Part shown: piece after piece, positions 52,544 to 62,351 of the stretch
Layout: every line of letters starts with the position of its first letter
Numbering within the stretch: the stretch's first letter is position 1
Position numbers and translations under genes: made by a program
Source of the DNA: an uncultured bacterium
GTDB taxonomy: Bacteria > Patescibacteriota > Gracilibacteria > BD1-5 > UBA2023
Direction of reading: 5' to 3'
DNA: 64,000 bases
NCBI GenBank assembly: GCA_903908595.1
Contig: CAIVSN010000116.1
Coordinates: 454-64,453, forward strand
The notes under the pieces: model-generated
The model's database searches: none
What the model saw: only the letters and a program-made list of their open reading frames with translations
What the model was told of the DNA's origin: nothing

Positions 52544-52578
52544 TATACCCAACGGGAATTGGTTTCCTGTTGGGTATA
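52544..52578. repeat. Family-B minimal hairpin
   Basis: tatacccaacgggaa-ttggt-ttcctgttgggtata. Contains one G-T pair and covaries with the 17678 copy. Confidence 0.85.
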
Positions 52579-52638
52579 TTTGAAAAAGCGTCGGAACGCA
52601 TCGGCAAAATGCCCGGTCGGGATTTTTCCGATATCCCC

Positions 52639-54387
52639 CTACCGGAATTTCACGGAAAAATCCTTCGGATCGCGATCGTATGGAAGTTCGGTACACTTCG
52701 TCGACGAAGAAGAGATTTCGCACGAGACGCCCAACCCCGGAAGCGTCTCCGGGAAGGGCTGGTCGAAGATGAAGTTGCCGAGCGAATAGTAAATCGGGAC
52801 CCCCCGGTAGATTTCCGAATCGGCCATGACGTGCGGATGGTGTCCGATGATGAGCCGGGCTCCCGCGTCGACGAACCGGTACGCGAGTTTTTGCTGCGCT
52901 TCCGTATGGGACGCGGAATACTCTACCCCCCAGTGCAGCGAAACGATGGGCACGTACCCCGAAAACGACAACGTTTGGACAGCTTCGACCTTTTTGTCCC
53001 AATCGTTCGTGATGTCGATGGCGTTCAGTCCGACGAACGCGTACTTCGTCCCGCGGATTTCGGTCTTGAAAATTTCGGATTCGGTCTTCCTGCCGTCGCC
53101 GAAGTACGCGAGGCCCGCTTTCGCGAGGTCGTCTTTAGCGGCAATATAGGACGCGGTTCCGCAATCGTACGCGTGGTTGTTCGCGAGATCGACCGTGTCG
53201 ATGCCGATCGATCGGAGGATGGAGAGGTTCGCCGGCGGCATGATGATGCGGACGGATTTCTTGGACGGCAGGCACCCCTCCTTCGTGGAAACCGCGGTTT
53301 CGAGATTGGCAATGACCCGGTCGAACCCGGAAAGCGGGCGGTGATACCCCGTGTCGAGCGGGATTCCGATGTCCCCCTTTTCATAGAAGGAGGCCAGCGA
53401 GCGGGCGATGGCGCCGGAAGACGCGGCCTCGCGCATTTGGAATCCGCGCCCCAGGTGCGTATCCCCGAAAAACGCGAAAAACGCGGGGGATTCCCGACGG
53501 ACCGCCGGGTCGGCAGGCGCGAAAAATCCGTAAACGTGGCTCGTGTTCCCCGTGAAACTCCGGGTCTGGAATACCGTATCGACGCTGGTCCTCGCCACAA
53601 TGGAAAAATCGGTCAGCCCCGCCTTCGTCGCGACGCTTTTGGCCACGGCGAGGCAGTTCCGGCAATCGACCTCGGCCTTCGCGAATTCGTCCGTGCTCCC
53701 GTTCCGGAGGATTTCCACGGAAAGCGAATCGTGGAGCTTGGCGAAAGGTTCGTCGGTATTGTGGGAAAAATCCACCGAGGCCAGGACGAGCACGTTCCCG
53801 GGAAGTCGGGCAATCGCCGAAGCGAAGCGCTCGCTTTCTTCTCCCGGTTTCAGTTCGCGGCGGAGGACGACCGGCATGATTTTCGCGTCGGGAAAATGCT
53901 TGGAAACGAAATCGAAATGCTCCCCGAGCCCGTGCTCTCGGGTTTCCCCGTTCTCCGTAAACAGCGGGAACGTCGATGGGATATCCACGAATCCCGGGAA
54001 GGGCACGGCCGAGACGTGGCGGTCCTTGAAAAATATATCCCGTTCCGATCCGACGGATTCGAGCGGCTGTTTGCCAGCCCCGAAATGGTTCGGCGAAACG
54101 ATGACGACCGTCGAGGGGATTCCGTATTTTACCGCCAGGAGCTCATAGAACCCATCCACCCGGGCCCGGTCGACCATATGGTGCGGCAACACGGCGACAT
54201 GGATGCCCGGAACGGGAACGGAATCGGTCGGCAATCCCGCCATGGAACCCGGATGGGCCGGCAGGATTTCCCAAGGGGCCATCAAAATCCGGTACGACCA
54301 AATCCCCCCGTAGAGCAATACGAAGACGAGAAAGGCGCCGAACACCGAATACGGACGCAGCCGGAACGAAATATTGGGGAGCTTCAT
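52639..54387 (-). CDS. Fusion of a Memo/AmmeMemoRadiSam-B-like domain with a CapA-family metallophosphatase; N-terminal TM anchor
   Basis: Track ORF 52639-54432, starting at ATG 54385-54387 (MKLPNISFRL...), which overlaps the upstream stop as TAATG. The CapA part has LANNHAYDCG, HWGVEY and IIGHHPHV. The N-terminal part has VLPHHMV...VIVSPNHFG. No in-frame TGA. Ends in TAG. Confidence 0.7.
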   Translation of the reverse strand: MKLPNISFRLRPYSVFGAFLVFVLLYGGIWSYRILMAPWEILPAHPGSMAGLPTDSVPVPGIHVAVLPHHMVDRARVDGFYELLAVKYGIPSTVVIVSPNHFGAGKQPLESVGSERDIFFKDRHVSAVPFPGFVDIPSTFPLFTENGETREHGLGEHFDFVSKHFPDAKIMPVVLRRELKPGEESERFASAIARLPGNVLVLASVDFSHNTDEPFAKLHDSLSVEILRNGSTDEFAKAEVDCRNCLAVAKSVATKAGLTDFSIVARTSVDTVFQTRSFTGNTSHVYGFFAPADPAVRRESPAFFAFFGDTHLGRGFQMREAASSGAIARSLASFYEKGDIGIPLDTGYHRPLSGFDRVIANLETAVSTKEGCLPSKKSVRIIMPPANLSILRSIGIDTVDLANNHAYDCGTASYIAAKDDLAKAGLAYFGDGRKTESEIFKTEIRGTKYAFVGLNAIDITNDWDKKVEAVQTLSFSGYVPIVSLHWGVEYSASHTEAQQKLAYRFVDAGARLIIGHHPHVMADSEIYRGVPIYYSLGNFIFDQPFPETLPGLGVSCEISSSSTKCTELPYDRDPKDFSVKFR

Positions 54388-56315
54388 TATCTGATAACGG
54401 TATTTTCCTTGTCGGAGAGCGGTCCTCCCCATTCGAAGACGTCATATCCCCCGCTCCGGTCGAACCGCCGGAGGATCTTGCTATCGAACGCGTTCCCTAC
54501 GCTCGGCCACGAGAACTTCGGATTGACGGAAGGGATTTCGTAGGATTCCAGCAACACCCGGAAGACGGAGTCGGGAGCCGGGGAAAAATTCAAAGCCGCA
54601 TAGGGGGACAGCCGATCGTCGAATTTGAAGGAAACGAAGTAGGCGCGGTCAGCATGGAATTCCGGAATCCAAAATTCCATGAAATCCCGTTTTTCCACTT
54701 CGTTGAATCCCATGGTTACGAGCTTGTTTTCGAAGAACGCTTCCATATCCCGGCCGTTCACCATCCACCCTTCGGTATTGAAGCGGTAGTTCGGCACCTT
54801 CGCGGAATAGTACAGGTACGGATACCCGGATCCGAGCACCGAGACGGACCCGCCGGCGTCGGCACGGAAATCCCACGATTGTTTTCCGGTGAAATCCGGG
54901 ATGAGCTTGGTGAAGGCTCCTCCTGGGGCGAGAGTCACCGTGAGGGACTTGTTCCCATTCGGATTTTTCGAGTCATAGGCGTACACCGCCGGCTTGCAGA
55001 GTTCCGCGAACGTGGTGAATTGGTATTTTTTGGCGGTATATATCAGGTAGTTCCCCTTGCCGTCGAACGGGACGGTCAGGAAATACGGGAGCCCGGCTTC
55101 CGTCATGGTTTCGGGAGTCACGGTTTCGTTCATGGAGCCGGTCAGGATGAGGACGCGGTTGCTATCGTTCGATAGCGAGCCCGAAAGGATTTTTTGGGAA
55201 AGTTCGAGGTTCTGGAGGTTCCCGCCCTTCAGGTTTTCGGAGAGCCAAGAAGCGTCGGTGCCGAGATACGCGATCCGTTCGGAAGGCTGCATTTTTTTGT
55301 CCGCCATTTCGTACCGGAATCGCGTTCCGGGATATTCCGTGAACGAAACGATATACGATTTGGAGAGGAATTTGGACGATGCGGCCAACTGGGAAAGTAC
55401 GGCTCCGACGTCGTCGCCAACGGAAAGCGCCCCGGTGAATTCGATATTGTCCCGGATCGATCCGAAATAGTAGAGGTCCGTGGAAATCATGGAAGACGTC
55501 GGGCGAAACTCGAAATTCCCGATTTTTAAGCTCTTCGGATACGGTTTTCCCAAACTGGAAAATTCGACCGCCTGGTCCTTCGCCCCGAAAATTTCCTGCT
55601 TCCAGCTTCCGCCCCCGCAGCCCACGACTTCGGATCTCTTTACGAGAAAATCGCCGTTGTCGGAGACGGACTCGGATTCTTCCGTCATCATGGCGTTGTA
55701 CGTCTTGCTCGCCGTTTTCTTTTGGACGTTCACGACCGTGGCGGTTTTTTCCTGGCAGCCGTGATTTTCCGATTCGAAAAAATCCCCGTCGACGTAGAAC
55801 GATCCCTCGATGGATTTTTCTTGATTGCTAGCGTAGCAATCGCCCAGCTTGTATTGATGGATTCCGTCGGCTTCCTTGATGGTCTTCTGTCCCAAGTCCA
55901 CGCAGATATCCAAAACGCACGAAGGGGTTTTCATTTTGGTTCCCAGTACGGGCTTGGGAAGTTTGTCCATCGTCGAGGCCACTACGGCCGGTTTTTCTTC
56001 CGGGACGGGGGTCTCGGTTTTTTCCTCGATGGGAGCGATGGCTCCAGTCAGGGAAAGGAGGGTTCCGGTTCACTCCGAAACGGCGCCGGTGGCAACGCGT
56101 TCTGGCAATGCGGACAGCGAGCCGGTCAGCTCGGGCAGGGATCCGGTCAGCTCGGCTGGGACGATTGGGACCGGCACGGCGGTTTCCCGGACGGCCGGAG
56201 CCGTGACGGCTTGCGGGACGGCGGGAGGATTCGGAGCCGGCGTTACCTTTTGCCCACACGAAGACAGGGCAAAGACGAACGCAGCCGCAACGGCATAGTG
56301 GAAAATTTTTCTCAT
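54387..56315 (-). CDS. Lipoprotein, function unknown (642 aa)
   Basis: Track ORF 54387-55982 is joined in frame, across TGA 56070-56072, to ATG 56313-56315. Lipobox: MRKIFHYAVAAAFVFALSSC. Ends in TAA 54387-54389. Confidence 0.65.
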
Positions 56316-56401
56316 GGAAACGGCTTGGATTACTTGGCAGTAAGTATATGCCTGATAACGGGATATGCCAAATGAATTCTCCCGCTTGTGCCAAACGGGA
56401 G

Positions 56402-56441
56402 AAAAAACGAAACATTCCCCGGCATTGTCCGGGGAATGTTC
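56402..56441 (-). terminator. Intrinsic terminator after the 56467-57468 gene
   Basis: 12-bp stem aacattccccgg / ccggggaatgtt, followed on the minus strand by tcgtttttt. Confidence 0.65.
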
Positions 56442-56466
56442 ATAGAAAATCCGAAGCGGGTACCTA

Positions 56467-57468
56467 TTATGTTTTCTTGACTGCGGCAACCCCGGTAGCT
56501 GCAGTGGCAACGGCGGGAGCGGGGGCAGGAGCTGCGGCGGGGGCGGCGGCAACGGCGGGAGCGGGGGCGGCGGCAACCGCGGGAGCGGGGGCTGCGGCGG
56601 GGGCTGCAGTAGCAACGGCGGGTTTAGCGGCGGGTTTGGCGATGGGCGCGGTCGCGGTTGCTGTGGCGGGCGCCGTGGCAGGCGCTTCTGGTTTGACCTT
56701 GGGATCGGCGGCTGCGCTGGCGCTGGCCACCGCCACGGCTTCGGCCTTCTGTTCCGGTTTCGCGAAATATTTCGCCACAAGCGTCTGGGTATCGGGCTTC
56801 TTGTCGGCCTTCGTGCATTCGAGCGGAACGCTCAACGCTTCGGCGAAGGCTTTGTCGACCACGATTTCCGTTTTGGGCGGTTCATTCCCCCTTTTGTAAG
56901 TCGCCTGGATCTGATCGCCGACCATCGCGTATTCCGTATCGGCCGGGTAAATCTTTTTCAGTTCCGATACCGCGCTTTCCGAAAGGGTTTTCTTTTCCTT
57001 GGCCTGCGCATCCGCATCGGTCGCGCCCGCGGGGATTTCCTTCTTGAGGAACGTGAGGAACGGAGCGCTTTCCTGATTGGATGAAAGCAATTTTCCCCCC
57101 TTGAGCGCATCCTTGATGTTCTCGAATTTCATGAGGGCGTCCTTGGGCATATCCCCGGAAAAGAGCGCCTTGAGGATGGAGAAAAGCTTGCCGAGAATGG
57201 GAACGTCCTTGAACGTCTGGCCCATACGGTCAAGCAGCTTGTTGAAATCCTCGACGTTTTTCGGCGGATTCTTGCCGGCGATTTCGCTCACGACCGAAGC
57301 CGCGGCCTTGGGCGAATCGGGATTGTTTTGCGCGGCTTCCGCGACGGTGGCCGGGACTGCGTCAACCGTGGCAGGAACCTGGTCTTCTTTCGCTTTCTTT
57401 TCTTCAGCCCGCTTGGCTGCCTCAGCTTCCGGAGTCTTGGTCCGATCCGATATTTGTTCTACTGGCAT
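56467..57468 (-). CDS. Hypothetical protein with a long Ala/Pro-rich C-terminal tail
   Basis: Intact 333-aa track ORF. The tail is ...APATAPATATATAPIAKPAAKPAVATAAPAAAPAPAVAAAPAPAVAAAPAAAPAPAPAVATAATGVAAVKKT. Ends in TAA. Confidence 0.6.
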   Translation of the reverse strand: MPVEQISDRTKTPEAEAAKRAEEKKAKEDQVPATVDAVPATVAEAAQNNPDSPKAAASVVSEIAGKNPPKNVEDFNKLLDRMGQTFKDVPILGKLFSILKALFSGDMPKDALMKFENIKDALKGGKLLSSNQESAPFLTFLKKEIPAGATDADAQAKEKKTLSESAVSELKKIYPADTEYAMVGDQIQATYKRGNEPPKTEIVVDKAFAEALSVPLECTKADKKPDTQTLVAKYFAKPEQKAEAVAVASASAAADPKVKPEAPATAPATATATAPIAKPAAKPAVATAAPAAAPAPAVAAAPAPAVAAAPAAAPAPAPAVATAATGVAAVKKT

Positions 57469-57473
57469 ATGCG

Positions 57474-57803
57474 TTAAAATGAGATGATTGACTCCCCTTG
57501 GGCTTTTGACTCCGCTTCGGTCGCTTTCATTTCTTCCTCCCTTTCGGAATTTTCCTTGTCCTTGAGGTTTCGCATGGAGCGTACGCCTTCCAGCATTTTT
57601 GCCCTGGCTGCCTCGTGTTTGGCCGAATCGGCCGCTTCGACGAGCATTTCGAGGGCCTTGTCAATGGACTCCGGGGTCGCGTGTGGGCTGCCGATCAACA
57701 GGTGCAAACCTTCGGCGAGATCCCAGTATCCGAACAGGCGTTCCAGAGCTTGCAGCACGATGGCGCGCTTCCGGATATAGTCCTGCTTTTCTTCGGGAGT
57801 CAT
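57474..57803 (-). CDS. Hypothetical helical protein (109 aa)
   Basis: Intact track ORF with a TAA stop. It lies 5 nt upstream of the next gene's start. Confidence 0.5.
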   Translation of the reverse strand: MTPEEKQDYIRKRAIVLQALERLFGYWDLAEGLHLLIGSPHATPESIDKALEMLVEAADSAKHEAARAKMLEGVRSMRNLKDKENSEREEEMKATEAESKAQGESIISF

Positions 57804-57904
57804 GGAAAAATTCTTTTAAGAAGATGCTTCCCGGCAACTCTACCATATACGAAAGGATATTGCAAAATTTGCCATCGACGAATTTTTGCCCTGGTTTCCG
57901 GAAT

Positions 57905-59803
57905 ATGGTATATTCGCAGGAACGGCCGGAAATCTTCGGTCACTTCATCATGCGCAACGATATCTATCAACGTACTCCTGAAACCGGGAGCCCTCACAGC
58001 AAGGGCTTGGCGGATCCGGAAAAAACCGGACGGGATTCCCTCGATTCGGCGGCTACCCGGTTTTCGCTCACGCTCGGGAGAGAATTCGAAAGGAAATTTC
58101 CGGAAAACGAAGTTTCGTTCGATATCCGCGGTTTCAAGTCGCGACTGGTTTCCGCCGTGGAAAAGGTATTTCTCGACCCGTCCATCCCGGAAATCGCGAA
58201 GAAAAAATTCGAATCGGACCTCCTCGCGAAAATCGAACTCCTGGCCAAAGTGGAATTCGCCGATATCGAAAACCTCAGGAACCGCCGGGCCGTGGAATCC
58301 CTCGGCATCGAGCCGGTGGAACTCGAAAGGAAATTCGGCAAGGACGAAGCGAAAAAACGCGGATACTACCTGGGAAAAATCCTCGGCGAAACGATTGGCA
58401 ACTACGTGGAGCCCGCGGCGCTCGGATTGGTTTCTGCATTTTCCGATGAAAAACGAAAGGTCGGAACGACCGAGTACCACGCGAATACGCTCGACGCGTT
58501 CCGTGGGAAGATCGGGACGCTCGACGCGAAATACGGCGTAGACATCGGTTCGGAAATCGAAGGGATAGCCAGGGATTTCAAAAAAAATGCCTCCGGGGAC
58601 ATTTCCCGGGAAGACCTTTACCGGGAGGCGGGGACCCGGCTCGTGCGCCAACTCGATGCGCGGCAACGGATTCCCCAAGCGAACCGCATCCTGGAACTCA
58701 TCCGGAACGGAACCCTCACCGAGCGGGCGAAATTCGGAAAACAAACCGAAGCCGGTACCCCGAACGGGCCGAAAGACGCCGTGGATATCGTCCTGGAATA
58801 CCGGACCGCCATCCTGACGTTCCAAAAAACGGAGACGGAAATCCGCACGGCGAAAGACGTGGCCGTCGCCACCGGACCGGTGGCGACGGCCAAACAATGG
58901 CTCGGGATGGATCGGATCAAAAACGAATTCGACTCCCTCCGGCCGGAAAGCATCGACATGAAAATCCGGAATGCCTCGTTGTCCGACATGGTCATCATGG
59001 CGGTGCAGCTCTCCCAGCTTTCCCCGATAGTCGGCGACATCGGCGGGGGATTGGAAGGCATCGCGAACGCCTATTCGGGAACGAACGTCAACGGGGCGAT
59101 GCTCACGGGAGCGGAGCGGTCGGTGAACGCCGCTCTCGGGGTCCTCGGAATCGCCGTCGTAGGCGGATTCGCCAAACGGGCCCACGATGCGGGGAGGTTG
59201 CCAGAAATCCTGAAATCTTTCCGCGCCTTACAAAAATACCTCCCCGAAAAGCTCGCGGAATTCGCCAAATCGGGTGAAAATCTCCCAAAATCCGCGATAT
59301 CCCGGCTCGAAAGCCTTTTTCCTTCCACAAAACCCGTATATTTCATACCGGAAGCCCAAATCTCGGAAAAGGCCACGGGAAAATTGCAAACTTCCGCGTG
59401 GTTCGAGCAGATGAAGGCGAAAAAACAATGACTCGCTTCCCTGGAAGCCGCGGAAAAAAACCTGGCGGAATCGAAAACCGGCTGGAACCGGCTGGACGCG
59501 ATGATGCGATTGGATATCGCCATGGACCGGGCGCATCCCGGAAGCGTGCCACCGATGCGATTGCAAATGGCCACCGAGGCCATCGTACGATGAGATGTCG
59601 CCATGAAACTCCCGAAGGGGCAACGGGAAACGGCATTGGCGGACATACGGATGAGATTCATTACCGCCTATACCCAAGAACTCCTCATAAGCCAAAAGGC
59701 AGAAGGCCAAGCGAAAACGGCCATTCAAAAAGCGAAACTCTCCGCGAATGTCTCGAACAAATTCATAGAAGACGTCATCGGGAATACGGAGGGTACCGAC
59801 TAG
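57905..59803 (+). CDS. Large hypothetical protein with a possible pre-toxin TG (PT-TG) domain
   Basis: This is the frame-2 part of track ORF 57599-59431, starting at ATG 57905. It is joined across TGA 59429 and 59591 to track ORF 59603-59803 and ends in TAG. SPIVGDIGGGLEGIANAYSGTNVNGAMLTGAERSVNAALGVLG resembles the PT-TG signature. Confidence 0.55.
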
Positions 59804-59838
59804 CGAAAAATTCGAACCGCGGAAGAAAAATCGGAAAC

Positions 59839-60873
59839 CTAGTAGCTCTCGGGGGTCAGCCGTGCCAATGCCATGTATCTCCGGAGCTTTTTCAACCCCG
59901 TCTTCTCGATTTGCCGGATACGCGAAGAAGTCAGATCCATGACTTTGGCAATTTCTTCCAAAGTGTATTCCTGCGGGATTCAGAAAAGCCCGAACCTCAT
60001 GGAAATGACGGCCTTTTCCCGTCTCGTCAGCCCGGCGATCACGCCGTCCTTCGCCGTGTCGAAAATCGACAGCACCTTTTCGGAAACGTTTTTGCGGAGC
60101 AGGCGCTCGTACGGTTCGCAATCGCTGGACGCGGGAATGAGATCGTGGAGATCCGTGTCTTCGTTATCCGTTCATACGGGGCGGTCGAACGACGAGAGGT
60201 GCCGCATCTGGGTGAGTTCCCTCAGCATCCATACGCGGTCGCGGTCGATATCGAATTCGTCGCTGATTTCCCGTTCCGTGGGCATTTTCCCGTTTTGCCG
60301 TTCATATGCGGCAACGTAGGCGCCGTATTTTCACAGCTCGGACATGATTTGTACGGGATACCGGATTTCCGTGCCCATTTCCCAGATGGCGCGTACGATC
60401 GTCTGGCGTATCCACCAAGTGGCATACGTCGAAAACCGGAATCCGAGTTCCGGATCGAATTTTTCGACGGCCCGCATGAGTCAAATATTCCCCTCCTGGA
60501 TCAGGTCGGACATTTCCAACCCCCGGTTGGGATATTTTCTGGCAATGGAAAATACCAGCCGTACGTTCGAGGCTACCATCCGATCGCGAGCGGCGATATC
60601 CCCAGCCCTGGCAGCACGGGAAAGCGTGACTTCTTCCGCGGCGGTGAGGAGGTCGTTTTTTCGGGAATCCCGCATCAGGAAGGCTACGGAGTCCTGCGTT
60701 GAAAACACTTCCTTTTCGACGCAGGTCGTGCCGGTATCGGAATTTGCGAAGTCCGGGACGGAGAATGCCGCCTTGGCGACGGTTGCAAGAAAATCGGAAA
60801 CTTCGGCCCTTTCGGGAGCGAGGATTTCCATCGCCTCGGATACTTCGGCCGAGTCCGGATCCTTGATGTTCAT
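59839..60873 (-). CDS. rpoD: RNA polymerase sigma-70 family factor, RpoD-like (regions 2-4)
   Basis: Track ORF 60481-60873 continues across TGA 60481, 60331, 60172 and 59980 to TAG 59839-59841. Blocks: SDLIQEGNI[TGA][32 protein letters not shown], then [16 protein letters not shown][TGA][33 protein letters not shown]. Confidence 0.9.
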
Positions 60874-60907
60874 ATCGGGAGATTGAGGTAGTGGAGATGA
60901 AAAATAG

Positions 60908-60935
60908 AAAATACCTATAAATATATAAAAGTCAA
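60908..60935 (-). promoter_or_regulatory. Candidate promoter of the sigma factor gene (TTGACT-N16-TATTTT)
   Basis: Minus-strand -35 at 60935-60930 and -10 at 60913-60908, about 35 nt upstream of ATG 60873. Confidence 0.35.
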
Positions 60936-61053
60936 TAACCGGTGGTACCGACGGTCGTCTCCATTTTGGCTTGACAAACTGGAAATGCGATTTTTAATGC
61001 GTTTCCCAATGGGAAAATGAGATACGACGGCCGATGGAACGGACGGGAAACCC

Positions 61054-61082
61054 AAAAAAAACCTCCCCGGTTTCCGGAGAGG
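61054..61082 (-). terminator. Intrinsic terminator after efp
   Basis: Minus strand reads cctctccgg-aaa-ccggggagg, followed by tttttttt. Confidence 0.7.
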
Positions 61083-61103
61083 AGTTCGCGAGATGCCCCG
61101 TGG

Positions 61104-61667
61104 CTATTTCGCCCGTTCCTGGTATTCTCCGGTTTCCGTGTTGATAATGAGGTATTCCCCGTTGTTCACGAATCCTGGAACCCGCATTTCGAGTCCGGTT
61201 TCGAGCTTGACCAGCTTGTCGACCTTGCCGTCGGCCGTATTCCCCGCAACCGCGGGATCCGCCTCGATGACCTTGAGCTTGACCCGTTGCGGGAGCATGG
61301 CCCCGATGAACCGGCCCTCGTAGCTCTGGATGTCCACGATGAGGCCTTCCGTCATGTAATTGACGGCGTCCCCGATGTCGTCGACCGTGAGTTCGATCTG
61401 TTCGAAAGTATCCTGGTTCATGAACGCGTACGATCCCGCCGACTCGTAGAGGAATTCGAATTTTACGCGTTCCAGCGTGATGTCTTCCATCTTTTCTTCG
61501 CTGTCGAACATCTTGTCCACGGAGTTCCCCTGGAGCAGGTTCTTGAGACGGAGCTTGATATTGGTAGCCCCGCGCCCGCCCCGGTGGAGTTCGAACTTGA
61601 GGACCAGGAGGATGTCTCCCCCGATTTTGACGACCGTACCAACACGGCATTGCATTGCGAATTTCAT
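61104..61667 (-). CDS. efp: Translation elongation factor P
   Basis: Intact 187-aa track ORF with EF-P-wide similarity (VGTVVKIGGDILLVLKFELHRGGRGATNIKLRLKNLLQG...VEADPAVAGNTA). Ends in TAG. Confidence 0.9.
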   Translation of the reverse strand: MKFAMQCRVGTVVKIGGDILLVLKFELHRGGRGATNIKLRLKNLLQGNSVDKMFDSEEKMEDITLERVKFEFLYESAGSYAFMNQDTFEQIELTVDDIGDAVNYMTEGLIVDIQSYEGRFIGAMLPQRVKLKVIEADPAVAGNTADGKVDKLVKLETGLEMRVPGFVNNGEYLIINTETGEYQERAK

Positions 61668-61704
61668 AAAAAAAAGTTAGTTCTTGCTGTTTTTGGAAAT
61701 GATT

Positions 61705-61790
61705 TGGTGCCCAGAATGAGACTCGAACTCACAAGGGATTGCTCCCACAGGCTTCTGAGACCTGCGTGTCTACCATTCCACCACCTGGGC
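61705..61790 (-). tRNA. tRNA-Leu (anticodon CAG), class II with a long variable arm, CCA encoded
   Basis: Minus strand reads GCCCAGGTGGTGGAATGGTAGACACGCAGGTCTCAGAAGCCTGTGGGAGCAATCCCTTGTGAGTTCGAGTCTCATTCTGGGCACCA. The anticodon loop is CTCAGAA. Confidence 0.9.
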
Positions 61791-61923
61791 CAATGCTACG
61801 AATAGCGGCAATCTTTCCAAAAAACGTGCAGATAGTAAGCAAAAGCTAAAAAGAAGCAAGTTTTGACATTTTTAATTCTTTATGTATCGTTTGAAAGTGC
61901 AACTATCCGTAACCTTTTCGCGC

Positions 61924-62268
61924 ATGAAAACCGATATCGCATCCGGGCATTTCGCTCCGGAAACCCCGGAAAATTCCGATCCCCTTCTGCTCGCGGCTCC
62001 CCTCAAAACCACGGAATACGCCGGCACGGTCGCGGCGACCGTCGGAGCGCTCCTCCTGTCCGGATGCGTCGTAATAGCGGAACGGCCGAGTTACGACCAT
62101 TACCCGTCCCGGCACTACGAACCGGTACGAGAACGGCATTACAAAGAACGCCGCCGGATCATCGTCGTGGAACGCCCGGTCATCGTGGAACGAAAAATCA
62201 TCGTCGTGGCCCCGAAACATAAGAAGGACAACGACCGCCACCACCGAGATCACGACCGGAAAAACTAA
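61924..62268 (+). CDS. Small basic putative lipoprotein
   Basis: Taken from track ORF 61882-62268, starting at the internal ATG 61924. Has ...VGALLLSGC, followed by an Arg/His/Lys-rich tail. Ends in TAA. Confidence 0.45.
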   Translation: MKTDIASGHFAPETPENSDPLLLAAPLKTTEYAGTVAATVGALLLSGCVVIAERPSYDHYPSRHYEPVRERHYKERRRIIVVERPVIVERKIIVVAPKHKKDNDRHHRDHDRKN

Positions 62269-62351
62269 GTCTTTCGGTATTTTTTTCCAAAACCCGAAAA
62301 AATCCCCAAGATTCCCCTTTTGAGGAATGTTCATTTTGACTATAATCCTCC

